From a virus (lineage: Duplodnaviria > Caudoviricetes): DNA of 64,000 nt. The stretch is from IMG/VR virus record IMGVR_UViG_3300048609_000068, positions 1 through 64,000 of that record; one strand, 5' to 3'. Numbering within the stretch: position 1 is the stretch's first letter; the number at the start of each line of letters is the position of its first letter. A program made the translations under genes and the position numbers. The notes beneath the pieces were generated by a model, which worked only from the letters and a program-made list of their open reading frames with translations, was not told the DNA's origin and searched no databases. This document shows positions 26,194 through 35,821 of this stretch, piece by piece.

Positions 26194-27063
26194 ATGCCTA
26201 GCAAGAGTTTTACCGACTTCGAGATGTTGCGTAAAGGCCAGACGGAATACATCACGATTTTTTGTAGAGATCCTGCGACGGAGGATTTGACCGACGTTGT
26301 GGGTACATCTACTTTCTCCTTAGTAAATTTGAGCGATGATTCTACTATTTTGAGCGAAAGTTTTACTGCAGGAGGAAGTACCCACGTTGAGCATCCTGCA
26401 GTTGGAACTTATCAATACGTGATGAATACGACTACCTACCCTGATGAGTATGTGGCTTTCTTCCGGTGTGTTCTTTCTGGAGAGGTTGTGAATAATAATA
26501 TCTATACAAAAGCGGTTTCTGCTAAATACTTTGCGTATGCAGCACAACTACGATCCATTGTGGATAAAGCGAGAAAGAACATCACCGATCAAATTGAGAA
26601 TATGGACAGGTTGTCGTCCGAGCCTAAAATTGATTTTTATTATGGCGTGTCCGATCCGCATTTGATGTCGTACCTGGAAAGGGGGATCTCGATGCTAAAC
26701 ATTATCCCTCCTTACACAAATTTGACGGTGGATACTTTTCCGTTTACTTCTTATAGCTCAGTACTCCTGGACGCTGCGACTTTGGCGTATGCGGTGAGCC
26801 AAGGGATTTTTGCAATCGATACTGATTTCAATTATTCGCTGGGTGGGAATAGCTTTGTGATCGATCACTTTACAAAGTTGAATGCGTTTTGGTCTGCCTT
26901 CATTGCTAATTTTACAAAGAGTGCTACCTCGTTCAAAGCTCAATATAGAAGCAAGGGCACAGTTCTTTATTGCTGGATGCCCGGCGGAGTCCGGAGCGCG
27001 CGCCTATTGACGGCCCTTCCATCAACTTTTTTTTCCCGTCTCTACTCTGCTGCAATGGTTTGA
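26194..27063 (+). CDS. Head-tail adaptor (neck) protein with N-terminal Ig-like domain
   Basis: Beta domain followed by helical YLERGISMLNIIPP...DFNYSLGGNSFVIDH. GGAGG RBS. Confidence 0.55.
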   Translation: MPSKSFTDFEMLRKGQTEYITIFCRDPATEDLTDVVGTSTFSLVNLSDDSTILSESFTAGGSTHVEHPAVGTYQYVMNTTTYPDEYVAFFRCVLSGEVVNNNIYTKAVSAKYFAYAAQLRSIVDKARKNITDQIENMDRLSSEPKIDFYYGVSDPHLMSYLERGISMLNIIPPYTNLTVDTFPFTSYSSVLLDAATLAYAVSQGIFAIDTDFNYSLGGNSFVIDHFTKLNAFWSAFIANFTKSATSFKAQYRSKGTVLYCWMPGGVRSARLLTALPSTFFSRLYSAAMV

Positions 27064-27119
27064 TTTTCAAAGACAATTTGACTTCCAAGTTTATCCTCAA
27101 CATTAGCGCAAGATTATTC

Positions 27120-27148
27120 TTGACACCAAAAACTGTTCCTGCTACAGT
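27120..27148 (+). promoter_or_regulatory. Near-consensus sigma70 promoter for the homing endonuclease gene
   Basis: TTGACA (27120-27125), 17 nt, TACAGT (27143-27148) preceded by TGn. Confidence 0.7.
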
Positions 27149-27201
27149 GATATTACAAGGAGGAAGATTTCCTCTATGTAACTGTTTTGAAAGGAGATAC
27201 G

Positions 27202-28593
27202 ATGCTTTGTGAAACTTGTGGCAGGGAACTGACGGATCAACAAATCAGGTGGGCAATCCGAAATAAGAGTAAGCACTTTTATTGTTCAACGACTTGTTGG
27301 GGAAAACGCCAAAGAAAGCATAACTACGATGACAAATTTTTGGACACTGATTCTGACTTATCGGCTTATTTTACAGGATGGTTCGTTGCTGACGGACATT
27401 TTTCTAGGTCCGACAAATGCATCCATATGACTTGTGTAGACAAGCAGCTTGTTGACGATTTTTGTAAAATGATTGATTACGAGAATGTTATTCATGAACG
27501 TTACAAACCTATTACTGAAAAAACAAAAAAATTATCTGTTGAGTACAGCTTTCTATTGGGTGGAAATGTACGAAAACGAATTGAAGAAATGGGGTACTCT
27601 CCTGGAGTAAAGACCGGGAAAGAGTTTTTTCCATCCAGATTTTATAATAAAGAATGGTTCTTTCCATTTTTGCGAGGTTTTATTGATGGTGACGGTACAA
27701 TCCGTGTGGGTCAAAGAGGGGATTTGTTGCTGTCAGTTGTTAATGCGTCATTTGAGTTATTAGCAGATATACATTTATATCTACTGGATAACGAAGTTGT
27801 CAAAGGAGGAAGTTTAAGTAAAGTAAAAATTACTAAAAAGAATAAGAGAAAGACTACTATTTATAGCCTAGGTTTTGGGCATAAGGATTCTATTAGTATT
27901 TGCGACCGTATGTATGAAGACCCTACGATTATGCTGGAGAGAAAGTGCGGTATGTATTTAGCTGGAAAAGAGTTTATCCTTTCTGTTGTTCCTTATGAAG
28001 AGTATACTCCTTGTCAAGCGTTCGGATGCGAAAAAGAAGCTAAGATTCGTGGCTATTGTAAACAGCATTATGATGAAAAATACCGTCGGTGGTATAACGC
28101 TAGTCATAGGAACGAACTAAATGAAAAAAATAAGAAATGGCAATTAATTAATCGTGACTTCTATTTAGCTCGTAGACGCCGTTGGTATCTAAAAAATGCT
28201 GAAAAAGAAAGACAACGTTCAAAAGCATGGAAAGATGCCAATCCTGAAAAAGTGAAGTTAATGAAAGATAATTATCGGGAGAATAACCGTGACAAAGTAA
28301 ACGAATACAAGCGTTCGTATAGAGAGGAGCATAGCGAAAAAATTAGAGAGCAGGAAAAGGCTTCTTATCTGCGAAATAAACAACAAAAGAACCGGCACAG
28401 TCGAGAATACTACCAAAAAAACCGTGAGAAGGTGTTGGCTCAAGCCAAGGAGTACCGAGACCGCCCAGAAGTAAAAGAACGCAAAGTGCAATACTGTAAG
28501 GACTACGAAAATAAGAACAAGGAAAAGCAGCAGGAATACCGCCGCCAATATTACTACCGCAAAAAAGCCGAACGCGAATCTCTCCAAGACTAA
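27202..28593 (+). mobile_element. Free-standing double-motif LAGLIDADG homing endonuclease with zinc fingers and a long charged helical tail
   Basis: AYFTGWFVADGHF and PFLRGFIDGDGTI. N-terminal CETC..CSTTC, second finger C..FGC...GYCKQHY, and C-terminal Y.E.N.EK repeats. AT-richer than its neighbours. Confidence 0.8.
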
Positions 28594-28680
28594 ATTCTGA
28601 TAAAAACGTAACTTAATCAATCCCACCCTCTTTCTCTTACAATCAGATCTTGATGTAATCCTTCCAAAAAGGATACTAAA

Positions 28681-29070
28681 ATGGAGCAAGATGGGTTTGT
28701 CGCGCTTGTCGATGGGATCCGTCAAATTTTTTCAGACTACAGGAGCGCCTGGTATCTGGGGTGTACGACCCTGTGTTATTTATTTATTCAGGTCCTCCGT
28801 GGCAAAGCTGGATTCAGTATCCCCTGGCTCACCAAAAAAATAGAGTCGATGCCGAAAGAATTCAAGACCTATGCAATCGTTGGCATCTTCGGTCTGACCG
28901 GTTTTCTCGGGACCTTTGCCGGTTCCCCCGTCAGTGTGGGAGCGCTGCTGGATGGATTTTTGAAGGGACTCGCGGTTGGGATAGGGACAATTGGCACGCG
29001 GAATGTGTTGAAACAAGGGATTGAGGGAGTGAAGTCTTTGAAAGAACCTAAAGTGGAGGAACCTAAATAA
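28681..29070 (+). CDS. Small multi-pass membrane protein (holin-like)
   Basis: Three hydrophobic segments and a charged C-terminus in 129 aa. Confidence 0.45.
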   Translation: MEQDGFVALVDGIRQIFSDYRSAWYLGCTTLCYLFIQVLRGKAGFSIPWLTKKIESMPKEFKTYAIVGIFGLTGFLGTFAGSPVSVGALLDGFLKGLAVGIGTIGTRNVLKQGIEGVKSLKEPKVEEPK

Positions 29071-29417
29071 TGTCTACGATGTACTTCGAGTGGGGTAACT
29101 TGATGGGGGGCATGACCCCCAGTGGCGCTCCGGTGATTCCTGCGGCTGCTCCTTATGGACCACCTGAAGAATTCTCAGGGACGCTGGGTGCGGGTGTGAC
29201 GACGATCACATTCACGCAGAGAACCAAGCGTGTCACCATCCGAAATACCCATGACACACAGATTCTGAACTACTCTCTTGACGGAGGCGCGACATGGTTC
29301 GTCTCTGGTCCGTATCAAGTGGTTCAGGAATGGGTCAATATCACTAATCTTCAACTGCGACCTGCTGTTGCAGGTGAGACCCCAACGTATGAAATAACGG
29401 CAGTTCTTGTTGCGTAA
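29070..29417 (+). CDS. Small beta protein, possible spike base / decoration protein
   Basis: TITFTQRTKRVTIRNTHDTQILNYSLDGG; TAATG coupling. Confidence 0.5.
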   Translation: MSTMYFEWGNLMGGMTPSGAPVIPAAAPYGPPEEFSGTLGAGVTTITFTQRTKRVTIRNTHDTQILNYSLDGGATWFVSGPYQVVQEWVNITNLQLRPAVAGETPTYEITAVLVA

Positions 29418-29430
29418 AAAGGGACCAGAC

Positions 29431-31005
29431 ATGAGAAAGCTATTTTGGACACTTGTAGCCCTTTGCGTTTGTAGCGTTGCTTACGGGCAAGCCACGCAGC
29501 AAGTTTATTCGCGAATCCGGGATGCAACCAACACGGTTGCAGTGTCTGCTGTTGGACAGCTCACGCTCACGATGCCAGTCACGACGTATGCACTGGCTGT
29601 AGCTTCTGGAGTTTATTATTATGACGGAGTCAATCTCAGGCGTTGGTCTGGATCGACCCTGGGATCGGATAATGTTGTCGCTACCACGTATGCACCTTAC
29701 TCCATGGCGTTTGGTTATTCTTATGATGGGGCTGCGTGGGATCGGATCACGTCAACAACGGCAGCGGATAATTTATCGTCTACGCAGCAGGGGCTGAACA
29801 CCCTGAGTTATAATTTATTTTACAATGGAACGAATTACCAGCGTTGGACAGGTGTTGCAACACATGCCGATGCTGTTCCAAAGACGACGCCTTCTCCGTG
29901 GGTAGGGAACTTCAACTACGTCCTTCATGGCGTAACGTGGGATATGCAGACGGCTTCGACATCGGCGGACAACCTGTCTGCAACGCCACAGGGGATTGAC
30001 AGTATTAGTTATACGCATTTCTTCTCATCGGATGGAGTTCCAGCGTTCAGAAGATGGACGGGATTGGTGACGCAGGTTGATGCCCTCACGAATGCGACGG
30101 CTGCACCTTTCGTTGCGAACTTGTCTTACGTCTTGCATGGAAGCACATGGGACAGGATGACCGCCATTACGTCTGCGGATAACATCTCCGCGACGCCACA
30201 GGGACTTGAAGTGATTGATTACATGCATTACTTCAACGGGACGAATCATCAAAGATGGACTGGAGAGACATGGGATTCTGGTTTGGCGATTACGAATGCG
30301 CCACCTGTGATTGCTCTTTCTTCATTTTATAATGGATCCAACGGGCAGTATCTTCAAGGATCGAAACTCGATGGTGAAACTGTAGCCAACTCCACTTACG
30401 CTCCGCATGGAAAGAACTTCTTATATGGATATGACGCTACGGCAGCTACTTGGCGCTGGATAAACGCGGCAGATTCTCAGGCTGATGGTAAGGCTACAAC
30501 ATTAAATGCACTGGATACTACCTCGTTTCTCTATGCATATAATGCTGGCTCTGCTGCATTTAATATGCTTAGGTTGGGTGCATACAATGAATTGTACGTT
30601 ACAGATGTTGCTGTGAGGCCAGGGGAGGATCCGGCCAATGATTTTGTCAAGGTAAAAATCGATGCGGTTGGGACTACTGCGCCCGACGCTACTGTAGGGA
30701 CTGCCGTTACTGGTGGCGCCGGTCTTACGATTGTTCTTGCCAGCCGTGATGTTTCTCAAGATATCAATTGGTGCATTTACCTTAAGAACACAGACGGGGT
30801 TGATCCGTTTACTAATGCGGAAGTAGAAACTTCACCGGATAATGCGGTTTTTTCGAGCTTGGGTTGGTTTAGCTGTGATACATTGGCTGCTGGCGCTGTG
30901 TGCAATTTTTGCACTTCAGGATCGGCCTATAAATATGTTCGTGCAAGAGTTGCCAGTGCAAACGATGTTACGGTAACCTCTTATTTCTTTGGTAATCGTA
31001 ATTAG
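29431..31005 (+). CDS. Fibre-like protein with Sec signal peptide, internal repeats and C-terminal beta domain
   Basis: MRKLFWTLVALCVCSVAYG|Q. About 10 [YF]x[YF][DN]G..W.R sub-repeats. The C-terminal domain is paralogous to 31554..32144. Confidence 0.7.
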   Translation: MRKLFWTLVALCVCSVAYGQATQQVYSRIRDATNTVAVSAVGQLTLTMPVTTYALAVASGVYYYDGVNLRRWSGSTLGSDNVVATTYAPYSMAFGYSYDGAAWDRITSTTAADNLSSTQQGLNTLSYNLFYNGTNYQRWTGVATHADAVPKTTPSPWVGNFNYVLHGVTWDMQTASTSADNLSATPQGIDSISYTHFFSSDGVPAFRRWTGLVTQVDALTNATAAPFVANLSYVLHGSTWDRMTAITSADNISATPQGLEVIDYMHYFNGTNHQRWTGETWDSGLAITNAPPVIALSSFYNGSNGQYLQGSKLDGETVANSTYAPHGKNFLYGYDATAATWRWINAADSQADGKATTLNALDTTSFLYAYNAGSAAFNMLRLGAYNELYVTDVAVRPGEDPANDFVKVKIDAVGTTAPDATVGTAVTGGAGLTIVLASRDVSQDINWCIYLKNTDGVDPFTNAEVETSPDNAVFSSLGWFSCDTLAAGAVCNFCTSGSAYKYVRARVASANDVTVTSYFFGNRN

Positions 31006-31125
31006 CTAAATATTTTCAAGTTACGATGTATCATCGAAAGCAATACAAAAAATTTGAAACTGATTCACAAAAATAATTGTATATAGGATTAGACCAGTAG
31101 ATGATCAAAAATAGAGAGGTGACAA

Positions 31126-31542
31126 ATGCCTTTTCCTGTGGATAACTTTTCTTATATTAACTCCATCTGGCTCCCGCGTGTCCGTTACCTCCAAAGTGTT
31201 CGGACAGACTTTTCAGACGCCGGTGCTGTGACGCTTGCGACTGTGACGGGATCGGTTGAAATCGAACGCATTATTATCAAGTCAACCGCAGTGACGACGG
31301 TCAATCTGACGAGTGTTGCTTGCACGGGTGGATCGGCAGATGTGGTGACATTCATCGATGCGATTAGCGGTGCCAGAGCAAATATAGCAGCAGCAGATCA
31401 ACAGGTGGTGTGGCAAGGAAGCGTTGAGCTTGGAAATGCTGCATTGATCCGTTTGACATTTGTCGGTGGTGGGCACACGGCGGTTGCATTGTTGGCAACG
31501 ATCCGCTACCGCGCAATTACTTCTGGCGCTGGTTTGGCGTAA
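31126..31542 (+). CDS. Small beta-sandwich structural protein (paralogue of 34889..35311)
   Basis: Shares LATV...IE.IIVK.T.VTT..L.SVA...GA..N...AD.QV.W.GS.ELG.A...GLA with 34889. Confidence 0.7.
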   Translation: MPFPVDNFSYINSIWLPRVRYLQSVRTDFSDAGAVTLATVTGSVEIERIIIKSTAVTTVNLTSVACTGGSADVVTFIDAISGARANIAAADQQVVWQGSVELGNAALIRLTFVGGGHTAVALLATIRYRAITSGAGLA

Positions 31543-31553
31543 GGAGATAAATT

Positions 31554-32144
31554 ATGGGTTCACAGCAAGATGGACGGACGCTAGTCAATATTTCCATTGA
31601 CGACTTGGTGTCTCTTGCGCTGGTCGCTATCAAAGGAGTTGATGGCGTAGCGTCAGGGACTGGGTTGGCCCGTATCGGTGGCACGGACGGCACCTTAGAT
31701 CAAATTCTGAGCATGGATTCTTCTGGTCATCCTGTCACGAACAGAAACTGGACGATTGCAGGGGAGGATATCGTCAACAGTTGGACCACCACGCGGATTG
31801 GCGCCCATGTGGTGTTGACTGGAACTGCTGCGGTGGCGGTCAACGGGGCAGCGGTAGAAGTGATGCCGTCCGTGGACGTGAGTTATTACGAAGAAGTCAG
31901 CATCAATATTTACAATATTGGGAATCCTTTAACAAACTGCATCGTATCTGGATCGAACGACAACACCCGTTGGGTGTCTTTGATTCCGATCTATGGAGTG
32001 CTGGAGACCGCGTGCATTACATTAGCAAGTGGTCTTGCTGGGTGTGCGTGGTTGAGCACTGGATTTCCGTTCAAATATGTCAAGCTTCAATGTTCTTCTG
32101 GTGCTGCAACGTCGGTGACTTATTATTTTTACGCCAGGACGTGA
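31554..32144 (+). CDS. Structural protein with C-terminal domain paralogous to that of 29431..31005
   Basis: DVS.....I...N....TN..V..S.DN....SL...C.TLA.G...C....FKYV pattern shared. Confidence 0.65.
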   Translation: MGSQQDGRTLVNISIDDLVSLALVAIKGVDGVASGTGLARIGGTDGTLDQILSMDSSGHPVTNRNWTIAGEDIVNSWTTTRIGAHVVLTGTAAVAVNGAAVEVMPSVDVSYYEEVSINIYNIGNPLTNCIVSGSNDNTRWVSLIPIYGVLETACITLASGLAGCAWLSTGFPFKYVKLQCSSGAATSVTYYFYART

Positions 32145-32153
32145 GAGGAAGCC

Positions 32154-34808
32154 ATGGCATTAGAAAATGTGCTTCATGCGCCTTTGATTGGAGTGCGGAC
32201 TTCTTTTGTAGGTCTATGGACCGTCTGTGAATATTCCAATATTACAAATGCTGCGGGCGACCTTATTGACACAAGTGGTTCTTTCACTTGGCCCAATGGA
32301 ACAGTGAAGGCTCAGCATAATCTAACGGCAGCAGGAGCACCAGGGCAGGTAAACACTTCCATTATGAAGAACGACGGGAACCTGGCACAAGCAAGGTCGT
32401 TTAACGGGTCTACACAAATATATGATAAGGCGTATCATTCTAACTTTGCTATACTAGCTGGCAATGTTACAGCAACAGTGGTTTTTTCTCACGCACATTC
32501 CGATGCTACTATTAGGCCAGTTTGGGGTAATAACTCTGGAAACACCGGTTTATACGGAAGAGTAAATACTGGAGGATATTCTGTAGTTGTTGGTGTTGGA
32601 ACTGGTCAGGTAGCAGTAGGTTGGACATCTGGAACTACAGGTGATTCAAAATATCACGTAGGTCAGTTTGTCAAGATTGGTAATGTAGGATATGTTATAG
32701 TTGATGGTGTAAAATCTGTTGGAGTAAACCTTACAGGAGCTACAAGTAGCGCAGTTGGTTTTGCTCTTGGTGCACTTAGACAAGGTTCTTCTAATACCTT
32801 TGCTGGCAATGTTCCTTACTTCCGTCTCGACGCAGAAGCACTCTCTGATGAGGTGTTAGAATTCCAATGGATGTGCCTTTTAGGTGCTGCTACCTATAGT
32901 CCTTCTTATGCACCAGTTTTATATACTCGCGCGGCTAATTCAAATGCATTATCATCTTACAAACAAATCTTAGGTAAGTTATATCAAGTCGCGGCAAATA
33001 ATCCAAGAGTAGGTACTGATAGTCTGTTGATAGAAGAGACAAGAACTAACTATTGGACGTATTCGCAGGCATATACAGGTTGGGGTTTGGCAAATCTAAC
33101 GATGCCGAGTGTGAATAATCCAAGCCCAGACCCAAATTCAAATACTGCTGCAATATTACACGAATCTGGTGCTGGAGACGTAGCTCACCAATTCGCCCCA
33201 GGTAGTTCACTACCATGGATTGCTAATGAAAAGAATACAGGTTCATTATATATAAAATCTATCAACCGTAGTTGGGTATATATCAGAATCTATTCCGCAA
33301 CCCTGGGTTTCAGTTATACTTGGTTCAACATAACAATCGGAAAAGTTGGAACAAAAGCGGCAAGTCATGCTGCAAGAATAACACCATTGGCAGATGGTTG
33401 GTTCCGAATTGAGGTAACTCTATCTACTGGTGTAAATGAAAATGTTGGGTTTTCTTTCTTTGTAGCCTCGGCGGATAATACACTAACATTTGATGCAGGA
33501 GCAGGGCAAGATTCTATCTATGTTTGGCAACCACAACACGAAGTAGGAGCACACGCAACAAGTCCAATCCTTACAACAACAGCCGTCGCAAGTCGTTCTG
33601 CCGATGACTACACACTTAGGCCCTGGGAACTAAACACTGCTCTTCTGTTAGGTTCTGAAACTTGGTATACAACTTTTGAACAAGACGTGGCAAGTTTAGG
33701 TACTGTATCATTAGGTGGCAAAACTTTTACTCAAGCGGGCGACGTAAAACACGTTAGAATGCCTGACTTGAAACACTATTACGACTTTGACGGAACAGGG
33801 GATTATCTAAGTATAGCAGACAATTCTTTCAACCCTGCGGGAAGTTTTAGTGTAGTTATGGCTATTACTCCTTCTGTTTTGACTGCAGCAACTACTTACT
33901 ATACTGCTTCCAAACTCGGTGCTGTTGGTAACCGAGGATGGTCGTTATGGGCATATGGGACATCTGTTTATATTGATATTTCAAAGGATGGAACTACTCA
34001 GAATAACATATCCAAAGCATCTGCATTGACTGTTGGTAAAACAAGTCTTATAACTGCTACCTATACATATAGTGGACATCCTGATTTGACAGATAGCAGG
34101 TTGGATATTTATGTTGATGATTTAGTGGTTGCTTCTAAGACAGATTGTGTTGGCCCAGTATTTTCGTCAACTGCATCTTTTCAGATAGCAACTGTCGGTG
34201 GCTCAAATTCCCTAAACGGCAAACTCCACTTCCTCTCCTTCCACAACGGAACTGTGTTGACCCAAGCACAGCACAACGAACTCTATGCCAGGATGAAGAC
34301 TGGAGGTATATTACCACTCACAATATCTTCCGCGAGTTATTATAAAAAACTGTTGATAGAATTTGAGGCTAAGGCGTTATATTCAAGTTCTGCTGATATA
34401 GGAATGACAAGATCTCTTTTGTCTATTGCAGGAATGACAGGTATTGTTGATGGTGAACACTCTGCGGAAATAGATAGAAATGTTATCCATGTCCTAATAA
34501 ATAGTCAGGGAAAGACATATGTATTCACTTATGATAAGGATACAACAAGTAGATATCTTGCCTCTGCCGCAAATTATGTATCTTGGTCTTCTTGGCATAA
34601 GTATCAGGTATATCTTGATACTGCTAATTTGGCCAACTCGTATCTGAAAATAGATGGTGTCAATATTACAACTGAAACGTCGGCAAACTGGACGGGTGCT
34701 ACAACATTCTATTTAGAGAATACTAAAATTCGGCTTGGACAGAATTACGCAGGAGTAGTAAGTAGTAATGCTAATCTTAGAAACATAAGGATCGCCTGTG
34801 ATACATAA
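32154..34808 (+). CDS. Head-spike/fibre-like protein with LamG (concanavalin A-like) domains, paralogue 1, no signal peptide
   Basis: LLIEETRTNY motif, YDFDGTGDYL LamG core, homology to 35822 and 39763. Confidence 0.75.
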   Translation: MALENVLHAPLIGVRTSFVGLWTVCEYSNITNAAGDLIDTSGSFTWPNGTVKAQHNLTAAGAPGQVNTSIMKNDGNLAQARSFNGSTQIYDKAYHSNFAILAGNVTATVVFSHAHSDATIRPVWGNNSGNTGLYGRVNTGGYSVVVGVGTGQVAVGWTSGTTGDSKYHVGQFVKIGNVGYVIVDGVKSVGVNLTGATSSAVGFALGALRQGSSNTFAGNVPYFRLDAEALSDEVLEFQWMCLLGAATYSPSYAPVLYTRAANSNALSSYKQILGKLYQVAANNPRVGTDSLLIEETRTNYWTYSQAYTGWGLANLTMPSVNNPSPDPNSNTAAILHESGAGDVAHQFAPGSSLPWIANEKNTGSLYIKSINRSWVYIRIYSATLGFSYTWFNITIGKVGTKAASHAARITPLADGWFRIEVTLSTGVNENVGFSFFVASADNTLTFDAGAGQDSIYVWQPQHEVGAHATSPILTTTAVASRSADDYTLRPWELNTALLLGSETWYTTFEQDVASLGTVSLGGKTFTQAGDVKHVRMPDLKHYYDFDGTGDYLSIADNSFNPAGSFSVVMAITPSVLTAATTYYTASKLGAVGNRGWSLWAYGTSVYIDISKDGTTQNNISKASALTVGKTSLITATYTYSGHPDLTDSRLDIYVDDLVVASKTDCVGPVFSSTASFQIATVGGSNSLNGKLHFLSFHNGTVLTQAQHNELYARMKTGGILPLTISSASYYKKLLIEFEAKALYSSSADIGMTRSLLSIAGMTGIVDGEHSAEIDRNVIHVLINSQGKTYVFTYDKDTTSRYLASAANYVSWSSWHKYQVYLDTANLANSYLKIDGVNITTETSANWTGATTFYLENTKIRLGQNYAGVVSSNANLRNIRIACDT

Positions 34809-34888
34809 AGGTTTGCTCAGAACGCAGCAGGAACCGTTACCTTAGACGGGAACTTAGCGAACGAATTTGTCACGAATAGGAGAATGTC

Positions 34889-35311
34889 ATGTCGATTCAA
34901 ATAAACGGAATTGAAAAATCTGAGTCGAACCAGCTCACCCGCGCTCGTTTTCTTCAGGTTCCAGTCACCGCCGCTGCCAATGCTGCCAATGTTCTGCTGG
35001 CAACTGTCGGTGCAGGAACGGTTGTCCGCATTGAAGGTGTGATTGTTAAAACCACCGGCGTTACGACGATGGACCTTTCGAGTGTGGCTATCCGTGCAGG
35101 CGCGGCAAAGGTTTTTGTGTTTATTGACAATACCGTGGGTGCAAAAGTCAACCTTGACGTTGCAGACGAGCAAGTAGCATGGATTGGATCTGCAGAACTT
35201 GGCGCTGCATCCACAATTTATATGGACTTGACTGGAGGTGACGCCACACCTGTAGCAATGCTCGTAACGATATTTTATAGAGTGGTATCAGGCGTGAACG
35301 GTTTGGCGTAA
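34889..35311 (+). CDS. Small beta-sandwich structural protein (paralogue of 31126..31542)
   Basis: Recognisable end-to-end similarity to 31126; AGGAG RBS. Confidence 0.7.
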   Translation: MSIQINGIEKSESNQLTRARFLQVPVTAAANAANVLLATVGAGTVVRIEGVIVKTTGVTTMDLSSVAIRAGAAKVFVFIDNTVGAKVNLDVADEQVAWIGSAELGAASTIYMDLTGGDATPVAMLVTIFYRVVSGVNGLA

Positions 35312-35330
35312 TCCCTGGAGGAGAGCTACC

Positions 35331-35750
35331 ATGGACTATTTATGTGGCCGGAACGTTGTCGAGAAGAACCTCAGTTCTGCTACCTACGTTGCCCCTGACT
35401 TGTTAGACGGTATTGCGATTGCCGCTGTGGATGATGTGAGCGCATGGAGTCTGGGGGCTCCTGCTACCATTACAGGAGTTCCAGCGGCTGGTTCCGGTGC
35501 GTATAACATTTGCGGAATTTTCATCTACGCTATCAATATGATTGGTGATTACCAAATAAAGATCTATGATGATGCCGTATTCGTTGCGTCCAAGGTATTC
35601 TACAAGAAATCTGTGACATCGGACGACTACACGGAGTTGATTGTAACAACACCAATCATTGCATCGGGTAGCGTGATCACGGCATGTTTGGCTGCGTCGG
35701 ATAACAATGGATGCACTGCCAAGATCAAAGTTTATTATCGATATCTATAA
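35331..35750 (+). CDS. Small beta-rich hypothetical protein
   Basis: GGAGGAG RBS; fits operon spacing. Confidence 0.65.
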   Translation: MDYLCGRNVVEKNLSSATYVAPDLLDGIAIAAVDDVSAWSLGAPATITGVPAAGSGAYNICGIFIYAINMIGDYQIKIYDDAVFVASKVFYKKSVTSDDYTELIVTTPIIASGSVITACLAASDNNGCTAKIKVYYRYL

Positions 35751-35821
35751 GGGATCCGCATGGCAAAATACTATATTTTGTGTTGCGCTTTGCCGATGCC
35801 TATCGTACACGAGGGTATGGT

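Noticed and set aside
27202-28593. Intein or group I intron around the LAGLIDADG domain
   Set aside because: No N-terminal Cys/Ser splice block or C-terminal HN motif; flanking genes look complete; the ORF has its own promoter and RBS.
26174-28632. 10-bp inverted repeat AAGAGGGTGG / CCACCCTCTT flanking adaptor plus endonuclease
   Set aside because: Too short, and one arm is simply an RBS-like purine tract; plausible by chance.
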